Made by a program: the position numbers and the translations under genes. Below are positions 1-11,100 of a stretch of DNA of 64,000 nucleotides, one piece after another. Location: positions 384,001 to 448,000 of the forward strand of contig CAVZSQ010000019.1 in NCBI GenBank assembly GCA_963777955.1, read 5' to 3'. A model generated the notes under the pieces. The model was not told the DNA's origin. It did not search any database and was given only the letters and a program-made list of their open reading frames with translations. Origin of the DNA: Calditrichia bacterium. Lineage in GTDB: Bacteria > Calditrichota > Calditrichia > JAJRVZ01. Position 1 is the stretch's first letter. Every line of letters begins with the position of its first letter.

Positions 1-1117
1 GTCCGATGATCAGGGGAATAACAGCGCCGCCAATAATGGCGGAGCAGAGAATTCCGGAGAAGGTACCATGGTGTTCAGAAACGGAATTTAAGGCCAGTGA
101 AAAAATGACTGGCCACATGACCGAAAGGAAAAATCCCATCAGGGGAAAAGCCAGCAGTGCAACCTGCAGCGGTCCAAACAGTCCCAGGCCCAGGCAAATC
201 AAGGCCGCCGCCGAAAATCCAATTAATACACGCCGGCTATCGATCAATTTCAGCAATAACATACCCACCAGGCAACCGATGGTCATCAATCCCCAAAACC
301 AGGATACCGTATCGGCGCCTGTCGTTTGCGGATCGATATAATGGTACGTACTTAAGAATTGGGAAATCCAGTTAGCGGTTCCCTGTTCAGATCCAACGTA
401 GGCAAAAATGCTGATGAAATAAAGCCAGACCAGAGGTTTTTTAAATAACAGATAGTGTGTTGCCCAGGTACCGGTTTTTTCTGCAGCGGTCCGCTGTACC
501 GCCGGAAAACGGAAAAAAAAGATACCACTGACCATTAATAAAGTTATCGCGGTAAAAATCCAGTATACGGATACCCACGGTAGATCGACCGGAATTAACC
601 GCGCTAGAACAGCGCTGAGCCAATCTCCTGGCGCTGCCGGGTCGTGTAAATTCTGGACCAGGTAAGAATAGATCTGCGGGCTGATAAACGATGCGGCGCC
701 GAAGATAACCTGGGCAAAAGTGGAGTTGAAAGCATAATGTTCCTCGCCTCCGGCTACACGCAGCAGCGGATTTATAGCCACCTGCAACATAGCCATACCG
801 AGACCGATTACAAAAAGGGAACTGATAGCCACTCCATAGCGGGGAAAGAGGGCAAAACAAAAAGCGCCACAGAAAGCGACCAGGAAGGAGACCAGGATGA
901 CCGTTTTTTCCTTGTAAACTTCGATCAGCATACCGGCCGGTATGGACATTACTCCGTAGGCAATAAAAAAGGAAAAAGGTAACAGAGCAGCAGCAGTCAG
1001 ACTCAACCGAAAACTGTTAATGATATCGGGTATAATTGGTCCCAGGATATTCGTCAACAGGGAGATAACGAAGAAGATCAAAAAAATCAATCCGACCAGT
1101 ACAGGATTTCGTTGCAT
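1..1117 (-). CDS. MFS sugar transporter (FucP/GluP-like), 3' end outside window
   Basis: Not in the ORF track because it has no stop in the window. Manual translation gives MQRNPVLVGLIFLIFFVISLLTNILGP...LQVAINP...AYVGSEQG...SAIIGGAVIPLIIG, with AAGGAG RBS upstream. Confidence 0.85.
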   Translation of the reverse strand, partial: MQRNPVLVGLIFLIFFVISLLTNILGPIIPDIINSFRLSLTAAALLPFSFFIAYGVMSIPAGMLIEVYKEKTVILVSFLVAFCGAFCFALFPRYGVAISSLFVIGLGMAMLQVAINPLLRVAGGEEHYAFNSTFAQVIFGAASFISPQIYSYLVQNLHDPAAPGDWLSAVLARLIPVDLPWVSVYWIFTAITLLMVSGIFFFRFPAVQRTAAEKTGTWATHYLLFKKPLVWLYFISIFAYVGSEQGTANWISQFLSTYHYIDPQTTGADTVSWFWGLMTIGCLVGMLLLKLIDSRRVLIGFSAAALICLGLGLFGPLQVALLAFPLMGFFLSVMWPVIFSLALNSVSEHHGTFSGILCSAIIGGAVIPLIIG

Positions 1118-1142
1118 GGGATGGGATCTCCTTTTATTTGGT

Positions 1143-1167
1143 TGACCTTCCCCCCGAAAACTGGACA
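1143..1167 (+). mobile_element. Orphan IS3-family-like terminal inverted repeat
   Basis: TGACCTTCCCCCCGAAAACTGGACA resembles IS3-family ends. No transposase or partner end seen. Confidence 0.5.
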
Positions 1168-1322
1168 ATTTGAAATTAGAGTTCAACTTAATAAAATAAG
1201 AAAAGTAAAATAGATCGATTTAGGAACTTTCAGATAAACAAATATTTTAGATGTGGATCTGTTAAAACAATTAATACTCTCCAGGAAGGGAGAATATGGA
1301 TTTTCTCTAGTATTATTATTCA

Positions 1323-1391
1323 CGCAACTCAAGAGTTGCGGCTACCATTCATGCCCTGATTTATTTAACGCCTCCTAAAGGATGCGGCTAC
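1323..1391 (-). repeat. Two REP palindromes, family A (GTASNCGCA...TGCG)
   Basis: Minus strand reads GTAGCCGCAACTCTTGAGTTGCG (1323-1345) and GTAGCCGCATCCTTTAGGAGGCG (1369-1391). Confidence 0.8.
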
Positions 1392-1442
1392 CGGTTTTTC
1401 CTTTGTCCCTATGTCTCTTTGTCTCTTTGTCCCTGTTTTTAG

Positions 1443-1528
1443 TGCCGAAGGAGGGACTCGAACCCTCACGAGTTATCACACTCACTGGATTTTGAGTCCA
1501 GCGCGTCTACCAGTTCCGCCACTTCGGC
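1443..1528 (-). tRNA. tRNA-Leu(CAA), CCA not encoded
   Basis: GCCGAAG acceptor stem, D-arm GGCGGAACTGGTAGACGC, anticodon arm CTGGA-CTCAAAA-TCCAG, long variable arm, T-loop GGTTCGAGTCC. Confidence 0.97.
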
Positions 1529-1590
1529 TAATGCGATTTGGAATTTAAACAGATTAAATTTTAATGTCAAACGAACACAACGATTCGTAT

Positions 1591-2166
1591 TTAATTTTCC
1601 TCAACAATTTTTTCAAAAACCGAACAGATCTGTTCCTCCGTCAACCATCCGATCATTTTCTCACGAATTTTACCATGGCGATCAATAAAGAAACTGGTAG
1701 GCAAACCGGTCACACCATATTTCTCCGCGATCTCTTTCTTATCATCCAATAATAATGGAATAGTCAACCGGTATTCCTGTTTCAGTTCCAGAACATGTTC
1801 CCTGCCCTGCCCTACGTTCACCGCCAGGATCACTAATCCTCTTTCCTTCAGTTTATCACTGGCACGCTGCAGTTTCACAAACTCTTTGCGGCAGTGGGGA
1901 CACCAGTCGGCCCAGAAATTGAGGAGCACGACTTTACCGCGATAGTCTGCCAGAGTGTATTGAAGCGAATCGACGGCGGGGAGAGTAAAGGGAATGGTCT
2001 CCTGAATTTGGGTTGGTTTATATTCCCTGTCACAACTAATCAAAATAGAGACAAAGAGACAGAGAGACAAAGAGACAAAGTATGCTCGTAATGCACTGAA
2101 GTACCGAGTGCCTAAGTACCTTAGTCCCTTAGTACCTGAGTCCCTGAGCAATGTCGATGGATTCAT
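1591..2166 (-). CDS. TlpA/ResA-family thiol-disulfide oxidoreductase, probable lipoprotein
   Basis: GKVVLLNFWADWCPHC, GLPTSFFID, hydrophobic stretch ending ILISC. Confidence 0.9.
   Translation of the reverse strand: MNPSTLLRDSGTKGLRYLGTRYFSALRAYFVSLSLCLFVSILISCDREYKPTQIQETIPFTLPAVDSLQYTLADYRGKVVLLNFWADWCPHCRKEFVKLQRASDKLKERGLVILAVNVGQGREHVLELKQEYRLTIPLLLDDKKEIAEKYGVTGLPTSFFIDRHGKIREKMIGWLTEEQICSVFEKIVEEN
2048..2148. repeat. Degenerate 8-bp tandem repeats (GAGACAAA-type, GTRCCTNA-type) inside the tlpA 5' end
   Basis: gagacaaa gagacaga gagacaaa gagacaaa, then gtgcctaa gtacctta gtccctta gtacctga gtccctga. Confidence 0.85.
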
Positions 2167-2208
2167 ATCTACATCTCTATTTATTTTTCACGATCATCCT
2201 GATAGAAT

Positions 2209-2267
2209 GGTCGTCTCGACTTCGCTCGACGACCGGATCAACGGTCCCCGAGCGGAGTCGAGGGGAC
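2209..2267. repeat. Inverted pair of CTCGACTTCGCTCG / CGAGCGGAGTCGAG palindromic units
   Basis: GGTCGTCTCGACTTCGCTCGACGACC and GGTCCCCGAGCGGAGTCGAGGGGAC. Each has self-complementary ends and the two are inverted relative to each other. Confidence 0.7.
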
Positions 2268-2294
2268 ACTCAGTGCACCAGTGCCTTTGTGCCT

Positions 2295-3144
2295 TTATAA
2301 TCCTATCTCGTCTTCCCCCAGATGCGGCTTCACCATCTTCATCAATCGCCTTGACCTGCTGCAGCAGGGCTTCCAGGCGTTGCAAGGGCAGCATGCTGGC
2401 CGCATCGCACAAAGCATGCTCGCAATCGGGATGGGTTTCGATAAAGATCGCATCGATTCCGGCGGCCGTTCCGGCCCGGCTCAGAGTGAAAATGAATTCC
2501 TTGGCCCCGCCGCGCTTGTCGCTGCTGCTCACCCCATACTTGCGGATGGCATGAGTGGGGTCCAGCACCACCGGATAACCCAGATCGCGCATCACTTTCA
2601 GATTGCGCATGTCCATGACCAGATTATGATATCCAAAAAACGTACCGCGGTCAGTCAATAATATTTTATCATTACCGGTTGATTTCAATTTATTGATAAT
2701 GTGCTGCATATCCTGTGGATGCAAAAATTGTCCTTTTTTAACATTCACCACCCGGCCGGTTTTACCCACGGCCACTACCAGTCCGGTCTGCATGGAAAGA
2801 TAAGCAGGAATCTGAATCACATCCAGAACTTCAGCACAGGCTTCGGCATCGTGCAGGTCGTGTATATCGGATAATACCGGAATGCCGAGTTTTTCTTTTA
2901 CTTTTTGCAGAATCCGCAATCCCTCTTTCAGCCCCGGTCCCTGGAAGGTCTCCACCGCCGAACGATTATCTTTTAAATAGGAAGATTTAAAGATTAAAGG
3001 AAAACCGAGTTTATCGGCGATTTTCCTGATCTGTTCGGCAGTCGACAAGGCCAGCTTTTCGGATTCGATTACACAAGGACCGGCAATTAAAGCCAAGGGA
3101 TGACCGGTACCGATTTTGATTTTGCCTACTTCAACGATTTTCAT
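2295..3144 (-). CDS. kdsA: KDO8P synthase, probable +1 frameshift near 2340
   Basis: LIAGPCVIES, FKSSYLKDNRS, VNVKKGQF, FIETHP, ALCD. Removing one base after AIDE gives the natural end MVKPHLGEDEIGL* instead of read-through into repeats to 2194. Confidence 0.9.
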
Positions 3145-3179
3145 GTCTAAATCTCCGGTTTCTCTTCGTTTACCAGGTG

Positions 3180-3217
3180 AAGGTAAAAGGCTAAAGGCCA
3201 AAGGTCAAAGGATAAAG
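3180..3217. repeat. 7-bp degenerate tandem repeat (AAGGNNA)
   Basis: aaggtaa aaggcta aaggcca aaggtca aaggata. A reverse-complement copy lies at about 17793-17823. Confidence 0.75.
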
Positions 3218-3309
3218 AAATTCCTTTGTGCCTGTCTTACGCTAGGTCTTCGACCTTTGTGCCTTTAATTATATAGAATTTAAAGATATTTTATAATAAT
3301 TTAAAGCTA

Positions 3310-3404
3310 AACGCATAGGACGCTATGGTAAGCGCAAAGGCCGCAAAGATTTCCTATAGATTGTGTCTTTGCGTACTTGTGTATACCTTGGCGACCTTTG
3401 CGTT
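3310..3404. repeat. MITE-like imperfect inverted repeat built from CGCAAAG-type units
   Basis: Left arm AACGCATAGGACGCTATGGTAAGCGCAAAGGCCGCAAAGA pairs imperfectly with right arm TCTTTGCGTACTTGTGTATACCTTGGCGACCTTTGCGTT. Confidence 0.7.
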
Positions 3405-3421
3405 GAAAAGGTTTAGAATCA

Positions 3422-4130
3422 ATGGAATTATTTTACACCGATCTGGAACATATCGGTAGTACGGATGCTGAATTCGACCGCTTTGAATCACAGCACATCC
3501 TGAAAACTTTGCGTAAAAAAACCGGAGATGAAATATACTTCACCGACGGGCGGGGCCGGCTATACTCCGGTATCATCGACAAAACCAGGCCGGTGCTGAA
3601 AGTGCATCATACGCTGGTAAAAGAATCGATACCGGCTGCTGTATCGATCAGCCTGGCGGTGGGTTTTATCCGACCGGCCCGGATGGACTTTATCATCGAG
3701 AAAGGGACCGAATTAGGGGTGCAAAAATTTTATTTACTGTCCACGCAGCATAGTAATTACTTTACCGCCAACACCCTGCGCTGGCAAAAAATCGCCCGCC
3801 AGGCGATAAAACAAAGCTTGCACCTGTTTCTGCCGGATATCGTTGCGGTCAAATCCCTGAACGAACTCATACCACTGCTGCCGCAGTCAACTGTAAAAAT
3901 GGTTTTCGATCAGAGTGCTACTCGCCCACTGTCAGAAATTTTATCCCGGCCGTGTTCGTTAACTTCTTCAAATATCATATTTCTTGATCGGTCCTGAAGG
4001 GGGCTTGAGCGCTGATGAAATGGAATTTGTCGAAAGTAACGATTTTCACCCGATATCACTCGGTCCATACAGATTACGCACCGAAACTGCCGCCCTGCTG
4101 GCCGCAGCGGCGGGCTTATTTATAAAATAA
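3422..4130 (+). CDS. rsmE: 16S rRNA m3U1498 methyltransferase, frameshift near 3985
   Basis: [22 protein letters not shown]. The shifted frame gives IGPEGGLS...[12 protein letters not shown], stop at 4128-4130. Confidence 0.88.
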
Positions 4131-4152
4131 TGCAACTGATCAGGAGGTACGA

Positions 4153-4503
4153 TTGAAGAAATCAGAAACTGTATTCAGCCAGATCATCAGGAAAAAAGTC
4201 AAAGCCGAGATCATTTATGTAGACCGGCAGATTGTCGCCTTTAAAGATATTAATCCCCAGGCTCCTGTACATGTGCTTATTGTGCCCAGAAAGACGATAG
4301 CTACTTTATCCGAGGTGACGTCAAAAGATGCTTTGCTTTTGGGTAAAATGATGTTAGTGGCAAAGAAAATTGCCCACCAGCTGAAACTGGCTGATGATGG
4401 ATTCCGCCTGGTTCTGAATCAGGGCCGCTTCGGCGGGCAAACTGTTTTACACCTGCACTTTCATCTGCTGGGCGGCAGAAGAATGATGTGGCCGCCGGGA
4501 TGA
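4153..4503 (+). CDS. HIT family nucleotide-binding protein
   Basis: AFKDINPQAPVHVLIVP, GQTVLHLHFHLLGGR, WPPG. Confidence 0.95.
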   Translation: MKKSETVFSQIIRKKVKAEIIYVDRQIVAFKDINPQAPVHVLIVPRKTIATLSEVTSKDALLLGKMMLVAKKIAHQLKLADDGFRLVLNQGRFGGQTVLHLHFHLLGGRRMMWPPG

Positions 4504-4522
4504 TTTGATATCAGGAATAACC

Positions 4523-5752
4523 ATGAACTCGAATTCTTATGATCTGATAATTGTCGGGGCGGGTCCGGCCGGATGCACCGCCGCCCTGTATGCTGCCAGG
4601 CACGGTTTAAAAACTTTGCTGCTGGAAAAAGAACGTTTTCCGCGCGACAAGATTTGCGGCGATGCCCTTTCGGGCAAATCAATCACCATTCTGCGGGAAC
4701 TCGCTCTGCTGAATAAAGTTGCCGCCCTGCCCGGGGCAGCTATCAATACCATCACCTTTAGCAGTCCTGATCATACTTCCTTCAGTATCAACCTGAATCA
4801 CAGCGGACTGAAAAATACGACCAAGGGATTTGTCGTCCGGCGTAAAGTTTTCGATAACTTTTTATATCAGGAAGTGCGCCGGACCGATGTGCAATGCCGC
4901 GAAGGATTCACGGTGACCGATCTGGTGATGGAAGATGACCAGGTGCAGGGAATTCGCGGTACCCAGAATGGTAGTGGCCAGGTTCTTGAATACAAAGGCA
5001 GGATTATTATAGGAGCGGATGGGTATAAATCAATCGTTGCTCAAAAAACAGGTCTGTATCACCTTGATCCCGGACACTGGGTGGTGGCTTTACGCGGCTA
5101 TTATAAGAACGTAAAAGACCTTACCGATCAGATTGAATTGCATTTTATCGACGAAGTTATCCCGGGCTATTTCTGGATCTTCCCGGTGGATAACGGTTAC
5201 GCTAATGTCGGCATCGGCATGCTTCATTCCGCCATAAAAAAGCAAAAGGCTGATCTAAAGCAAATGCTGCAACAGGCGATTAATAGTGAATTTTTTAAAG
5301 AACGTTTCGCTGCAGCGGCAGAGGTGGACAAGCCTGTGGGCTGGAATTTACCGGTAGGCAGTCTGCACCGCCGGAATTATGGTCCCGGATTTCTGCTGCT
5401 GGGGGACGCGGCCGGATTGATCGATCCATTTACCGGTGAGGGCATCGGCAACGCCCTGTACTCCGGAAAATACGCCGTTGAAACTGTCCGGGCAGCCCTG
5501 AGTTGCGGTGATTACAGTGCAAATTTTTTATCCCGTTATGACCGCGAGTTGTGGCAGATCATTGGTCCTGAACTCGGTGTCAGTACAAGATTGCAAAAAT
5601 TAGGTCAAAACCGTTTTCTATTAAACTACGTCATAGGCAAGGCGGCCAGGAACACAGAAATCAGCCGGTTGATTGCCGGCATGATGGCCAATGAAGTTCC
5701 GCGCAGTACATTGGCGAATCCGCTGTTTTATTTGAGGTTGCTGTTTAAGTAA
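4523..5752 (+). CDS. Geranylgeranyl reductase family FAD oxidoreductase
   Basis: IVGAGPAG, FPRDKICGD, GYFWIFP, GDAAGLIDPFTGEGI. Confidence 0.9.
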   Translation: MNSNSYDLIIVGAGPAGCTAALYAARHGLKTLLLEKERFPRDKICGDALSGKSITILRELALLNKVAALPGAAINTITFSSPDHTSFSINLNHSGLKNTTKGFVVRRKVFDNFLYQEVRRTDVQCREGFTVTDLVMEDDQVQGIRGTQNGSGQVLEYKGRIIIGADGYKSIVAQKTGLYHLDPGHWVVALRGYYKNVKDLTDQIELHFIDEVIPGYFWIFPVDNGYANVGIGMLHSAIKKQKADLKQMLQQAINSEFFKERFAAAAEVDKPVGWNLPVGSLHRRNYGPGFLLLGDAAGLIDPFTGEGIGNALYSGKYAVETVRAALSCGDYSANFLSRYDRELWQIIGPELGVSTRLQKLGQNRFLLNYVIGKAARNTEISRLIAGMMANEVPRSTLANPLFYLRLLFK

Positions 5753-5820
5753 GACGTTCCCAGTTCCCCCTCAGTAAAGGGGGATTTTATCTTGCTCCTC
5801 ATTAATATTAAACCAAGGAA

Positions 5821-8013
5821 TCATTCCTTACCAAAAAAATTCCTCATCCAGAAATCATGGATCAGACGGTCTTCATGCCAACGCTTCAGACCGCGCCAGC
5901 CATGGCGTTCAGCAGGGTAAATCATCAACTCAAACTTTTTGCCCAGATCCTGAAATTTTGAAATCAATTGCAGTGTATTCTGAAAATGTACATTGTCGTC
6001 CATGGATCCATGGATGAGTAAAAGTTTTCCCTTATATTTCTGTGCCTGCGTCAGCACCGAACCAGATTCATAACCCTGTGGATTTTCTTCCGGTTTATCC
6101 ATGTACCGTTCCGTGTATACCGCATCGTACAAGCGCCAGTCAGTCACAGACAGCGAAGCAACACCGTGTGTAAAATAATCTGCTCCATAGGTCAGACGCC
6201 ATACAGGTGGTATAACCACCATAACTGCTGCCGGTGATGCCGATTCTGGTAGAATCAACAAAAGGCTGCTGCCGCAGCCATTTGACTGCGGTAACCAGGT
6301 CAGCCACTTCCCACTGACCCAGATGGCGGTTCATCATCATCATCCCGGCCTTGCCGAAATGACCCGATCCGCGATTATCAACAATCATAGTGATAATTCC
6401 CTGCTGTGCCAGGTAGTGCTCACGCAACAATCGAAACTTGTTCGATACACTGGCCGATTCGGGTCCGCCATAAACCGAGAAGATAACCGGGTAGCGTTTA
6501 TCAGTTTCAATCTTTGCTGGCAAGATCCATAAGGCCGGCAGGTCCAGACCATCCCTGGTTGGTATGGAAAATATTTCCACCCGGCCGAGTTCGTACTCGT
6601 CTAACGACGCTGTTTTTCTGTCACCGATAGTCCGTATAAACTTGCCATCACTGCGGAACAGATCCATCTTAGGCGGCTGGGTAATATTACTATGGGTATC
6701 GATGAAATACCTGGCGGTTGGAGAAATATCAGCATCATGAACGCCCGGTACATCAGTGATTCGCTGCTGATTCTGGCCCGAAAAACTTACCCGGTACAGA
6801 TGTTTCTGGGCAGGATGATCAGCGCTACCGATAAAATAAACCTGTTGATTCTGTTCATCAACATGCGCCAATGAAATGACATTCCATGTCGCCGCTGGTC
6901 AATTGGGATTGCCGAAGGCCTTCCATATTATAAAGGTAAAGATGATACCAACCGTCGCAATCGCTGCGCAGGATGAAACCTCTATTATTTTTCAGAACAT
7001 GTAAATCGGTATAGAATTCAATCCAGGCCTGCGGCGACTTTTCCTCATACAATAATTTTTTCTGACCATTCTCCGGATCGATGCGGTATAGCCGGGCCTG
7101 GTCCTGAGCACGGTTGAACCATTGGCAGATCAGAAATTTACTGTCCGGCGACCAGAACGGCTGAGCCAGATAGTGTTCTGCCTCCTGATCAAAATCGACC
7201 CAGCTGATATTACTACTTTTGATATTTATAATTCCCAGTCGCACCTGGGGTACCGGATCCCCTGCTTTCGGATAACGCTGCAGTTCCAGCCGGCCATGGG
7301 CTCCTTCGGCATCAAAGAGCGGAAACTCCGGCACCTTAGTTTCATCAAAACGCAGAAAAGCTATTGACTCGCTGTTGGGCGACCACCAGAAGGCCTGGTA
7401 CCGGGATGAACGCCCCAATATTTCTTCATAATAAACCCAGGCGGCCCTGCCGTTGTAAATCGCTTCGGCGCCGTCATTGGTAAGTCGTTTCTCTTCGCCG
7501 GATCGGATATCAATAATATACAGATCATGATCGCGGGTAAAACTTACATAACTACCATCCGGAGATAAGACAGGATTTTTTTCAACGCCCGGACTGGTGG
7601 TAAGTCGTTGCAGTACTTTATTGGCAATTGAAAAATAATACAGATCATCCTCTTTACTCAGTATGTATGACCTGTAATCACTGCTTACATCTTCGGCATC
7701 GCGCAGATCGAGACCCGCCAGGCGATTATTTAAACTCTGATAATCAATAAAGTTCACAACTTTTCCATCCTGAGCATTTACTTTGATCAGTCTGGAGATT
7801 TTTTTTCCGTCATCATGAAGAAATTGCAGGAAATGCTCAGCATCCAGCCAGCCATCGATAACCGGTAAACTGGCTAAAACTTCAGGTCCGGCATATTTAT
7901 AAACCTGGTCATAGGCTGAATTGCTTCTGCTGGGCCAGCAGGGGCGGAACAGCGAGAAGCATCAATAATAACACTGATGTTTTTAGCAACAATAATCCAT
8001 GATGATTATTCAT
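5821..8013 (-). CDS. S9B dipeptidyl peptidase IV-like protein with signal peptide, three frameshifts (about 7915, 6885, 6195)
   Basis: ORF pieces join into one protein: signal peptide MNNHHGLLLLKTSV..., WVYYEEI, RYPKAG, VYGGP, GSSYGG, HGSMDDNVH, ERHG. Confidence 0.88.
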
Positions 8014-8046
8014 TCAAATCCTTTCTTCATATCATATATATGATAG

Positions 8047-8070
8047 ATCCCGGCTTTCGCCGGGATGACA
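8047..8070. repeat. dRS3-like hairpin GATCCCGGC-TTTC-GCCGGGATGAC
   Basis: Visible palindrome with a 3' GATGAC/AATGAC tail. Related copies at about 17742-17800 and 50530-50587. Confidence 0.65.
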
Positions 8071-8099
8071 TTGCATTGTTTTATAGTTTCTGTAACGCA

Positions 8100-8122
8100 G
8101 GGCGAGGTAACCTCGCCCTTAC
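8100..8122 (-). repeat. REP palindrome, family B (GTARGGGC...GCCC)
   Basis: GTAAGGGCGAGGTTACCTCGCCC directly after the S41 stop. Near-identical copy at 63568-63594. Confidence 0.8.
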
Positions 8123-11100
8123 TTACTTATCCTCCGGGAACGGTTCATGCTGCGGCCAGGGACGGGGATCCTGTTTTATTTTTTGCAGCAGAATCTCCAG
8201 CGCTTTCATCAATTGGGCATCGATCCCTTTTTCCATTTCGGCTGCAGTCAGGTCAATCACAATATCCGGATCAACTCCATAATTCTCCACTACCCATTTA
8301 CCCTCAGTATTATAAATACGATAATCGGGCGAAGTAATTGTTCCTCCATCGATCAGCGGAGCATACATGGATACACCGACCAGTCCACCCCAGGTTCGTG
8401 TGCCGATCACTTCTCCCATCTTTCTTAATTTAAATTCATAGGGCAGCATATCACCGCCGGAACCGGCCTGGCGATTGGTAATACAAACCATGTGAGCATT
8501 GGTGGCCACAGCGGGCGTGGTCTGATCATGGGAATACCGCCGGGTCCAGTAGGACAATATCTTTTTATCCAGTCGTTGTAAAAAGATATCGGGATCAAGA
8601 CCGCCGCCATTGAAGCGGCCGTCTATGATCAGTCCTTTTTTGCGGGTCTGCGCATAAAAATATTTTGGAAACTCTGCAGCCGAACCGGTAAAAGTGTCCG
8701 GCAGATAAATATAGCCGATCTCACCTTTCGATAACTTATCCACCAACAGCCGGTTATGCTCCAGCCAGTCCTGGTTGCGAAACGTATATTCCCCGGAGGC
8801 AGGCTCGACAGTAATTTCACGGGCACCGCTCAGTGCAGGTTTATCATTCACCAGCAGGGTTACCTGTTTCTTAGCCAGGTTCTGAAAATAAGCGTACACT
8901 TCTTTATCGCTATATACTTCCCGGCCGTTTACCTGTAACAGATAATCACCCTCGCTGACCTGCAAACCCGGCCTGGCCAGCGGTGGAATTTCATTACCGC
9001 TCCAATCAGCCACCCGGTAAATTTTTTTGAAGCGATACCGCTGCGCCGATTTATCCACTTCATAATCTGCACCCAGCATGCCTACATTGAATCGCCCGGC
9101 CTTGCGGGAAATGTCACCGCCGGAAACATAGGTATGCGAAGTATTCAACTCGCCGATCAATTCACCGATCAGGAAACTCAGGTCCTGGCGGCAGGAAACA
9201 TCGTGTAATAGTTTCCCGTATTTTTCTTTCATGCCCGGCCAATCGATGCCATGCATTTTAGGTTCATAATAAAAATCCCGTTCCAGGCGCCAGGTTTCAT
9301 TGAACATTTGCCGCCATTCTGCCAGCGGATCCAGCCACATTTTTAAATCAGCCAGGTCGAGAGATTTAGGTTCGGCATTCCTGGCATCAGCACTCAGCAA
9401 GCCGATTATCTTGCCCTGCTTATAGACAATCCGCGAACCATCCGCGCAGAGTTTATAACCATCGATATCTTTGATCACCGGCTGCTCTTCCCTGTCCTTG
9501 AACGAGAAAGCATACAAAGTCATGGGGGGCAGATCCCTGTACTCAAAACGGTTAAAATCCCCTTCCCCGGCATTCAGATAATAAAGGTTATCTTCATTCA
9601 CTGCCAGACTGCGGTAATTTCCCCTGGCCAGCGGTAAAGTCTTCAATCCGACCGGCCAGACCGTCAAAATCTATCGTCACTCTTACTCCTGCCGCCGGTT
9701 TACCCTCACTCCCCTTAATCTTCTCCGGTATATTATTCACTTCTTCATCGCTAAGCAGCGGTAACAAGGATTCTCCATTCTTTCCGTAAGGTCAGGGCAT
9801 AGATACCGGCCACTTTTTTATATACCATCTCCCATTCAAAATCACAGAAGGTCGGATCGAAGATACGGTTGGACATAAAAATCAGATGTTCGCCATCGGG
9901 GGTGAACACCGGATTAAGGTCGTTGAAAATACCCTGGCTGACACAGGTGCTCTGGCCCGATTCCAGTGCATAAACGTAAAGATTATAGACCAGATTCTCA
10001 TTCATCTTGGCATAAGCGATGAACCGACTGTCCGGAGACCAGTTGAAATCCGCGATTGGTTTGCGGTCGATGGAGACATCAACATCTTCATATTCGGCTT
10101 TATCAATCTTAGTAATCTTCTTTGAATCAATATCGATGTAATAACAACTAAGGGTTTGATCGGCGAAGGCGATCTTTTTACTATCGGGAGACCAGCGTAG
10201 AGTATGACGATAACCGTTCTGGTGCTGAGTCAACTGTACAGCCTGGTTTTCGCTCCTGGCATCAGCCAGATACAATTCATATTCCCCGCTTTTATCCGAA
10301 ATATATGCCACCCACTTGCCGTCCGGAGACCAGGCTGCATCTTTTTCCCTGCTGCCGGAACTGTTGCTCAGGTTGCGGATCGCACCCTGTTCTTCCGGGA
10401 CGGAAAATATTTCACCGCGTGCCACGACCAGGATGCGTTTCCCAGCGGGGGAACAATTGAATCCCTGAATGGAACCGGTCACATCCTGCCAGCGGGGTCG
10501 TGCCTCAGGCGCATCGGTGCGTATCTCGACCGGGATTTGTTTAGTGATCTTGCTGGTCACATCCAGCAGCCAGAGCGAGCCGCCCAATTCGTAAATGATC
10601 CGGTTACCGCCCATGCTGGGCCGGCGCACATCATAATCGGTATGCCGGGTGATCTGTTCCAGGGTACCCTTGCTTACCGAATAAACATAAATATTGAGTA
10701 CCCGATCACGGTCTGAATTGAAATAGATATAATCTCCGATCCACATGGGCAGACGATCTGTTCCGCGAAAATTGCTTATATTTTTCTCCTGTTTGGTGGC
10801 AAAATCGTAAAGATAAATCTCCTGTGCCGTGCCACCCTGATACCTTTTCCAGGTACGCTGTTCACCGGAAACCTTGGTATAAGCAATCTGTTTACCATCT
10901 GCCGAAAAACAACCAAAAGAGGCCTCGGGTAGTATTAATTCCTCGAGTTCACTCCCGTCGGGTTTAATCAGGAATAAGTGATCAAAATAATTATAACTGT
11001 TACGCATAGAACGGAACAGAATTTTATTGGTCAGAGGCTGCCAGCCTACCACTTCATCGTAGCCCGGGTGATAGGTGACGCGCCTGATCTCTCCGCCGGT

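Noticed and set aside
1443..1528. tRNA-anchored prophage or genomic island
   Set aside because: No integrase and no duplicated tRNA 3' end seen within the window.
2194..2340. Cys-containing C-terminal extension of KdsA (WCTECP)
   Set aside because: Removing one base gives a normal terminus at 2295. The extension is translated repeat DNA.
7905..7920. In-frame TGA as selenocysteine or recoding in the S9 peptidase
   Set aside because: The protein continues in a different frame, so this is an indel and not readthrough.
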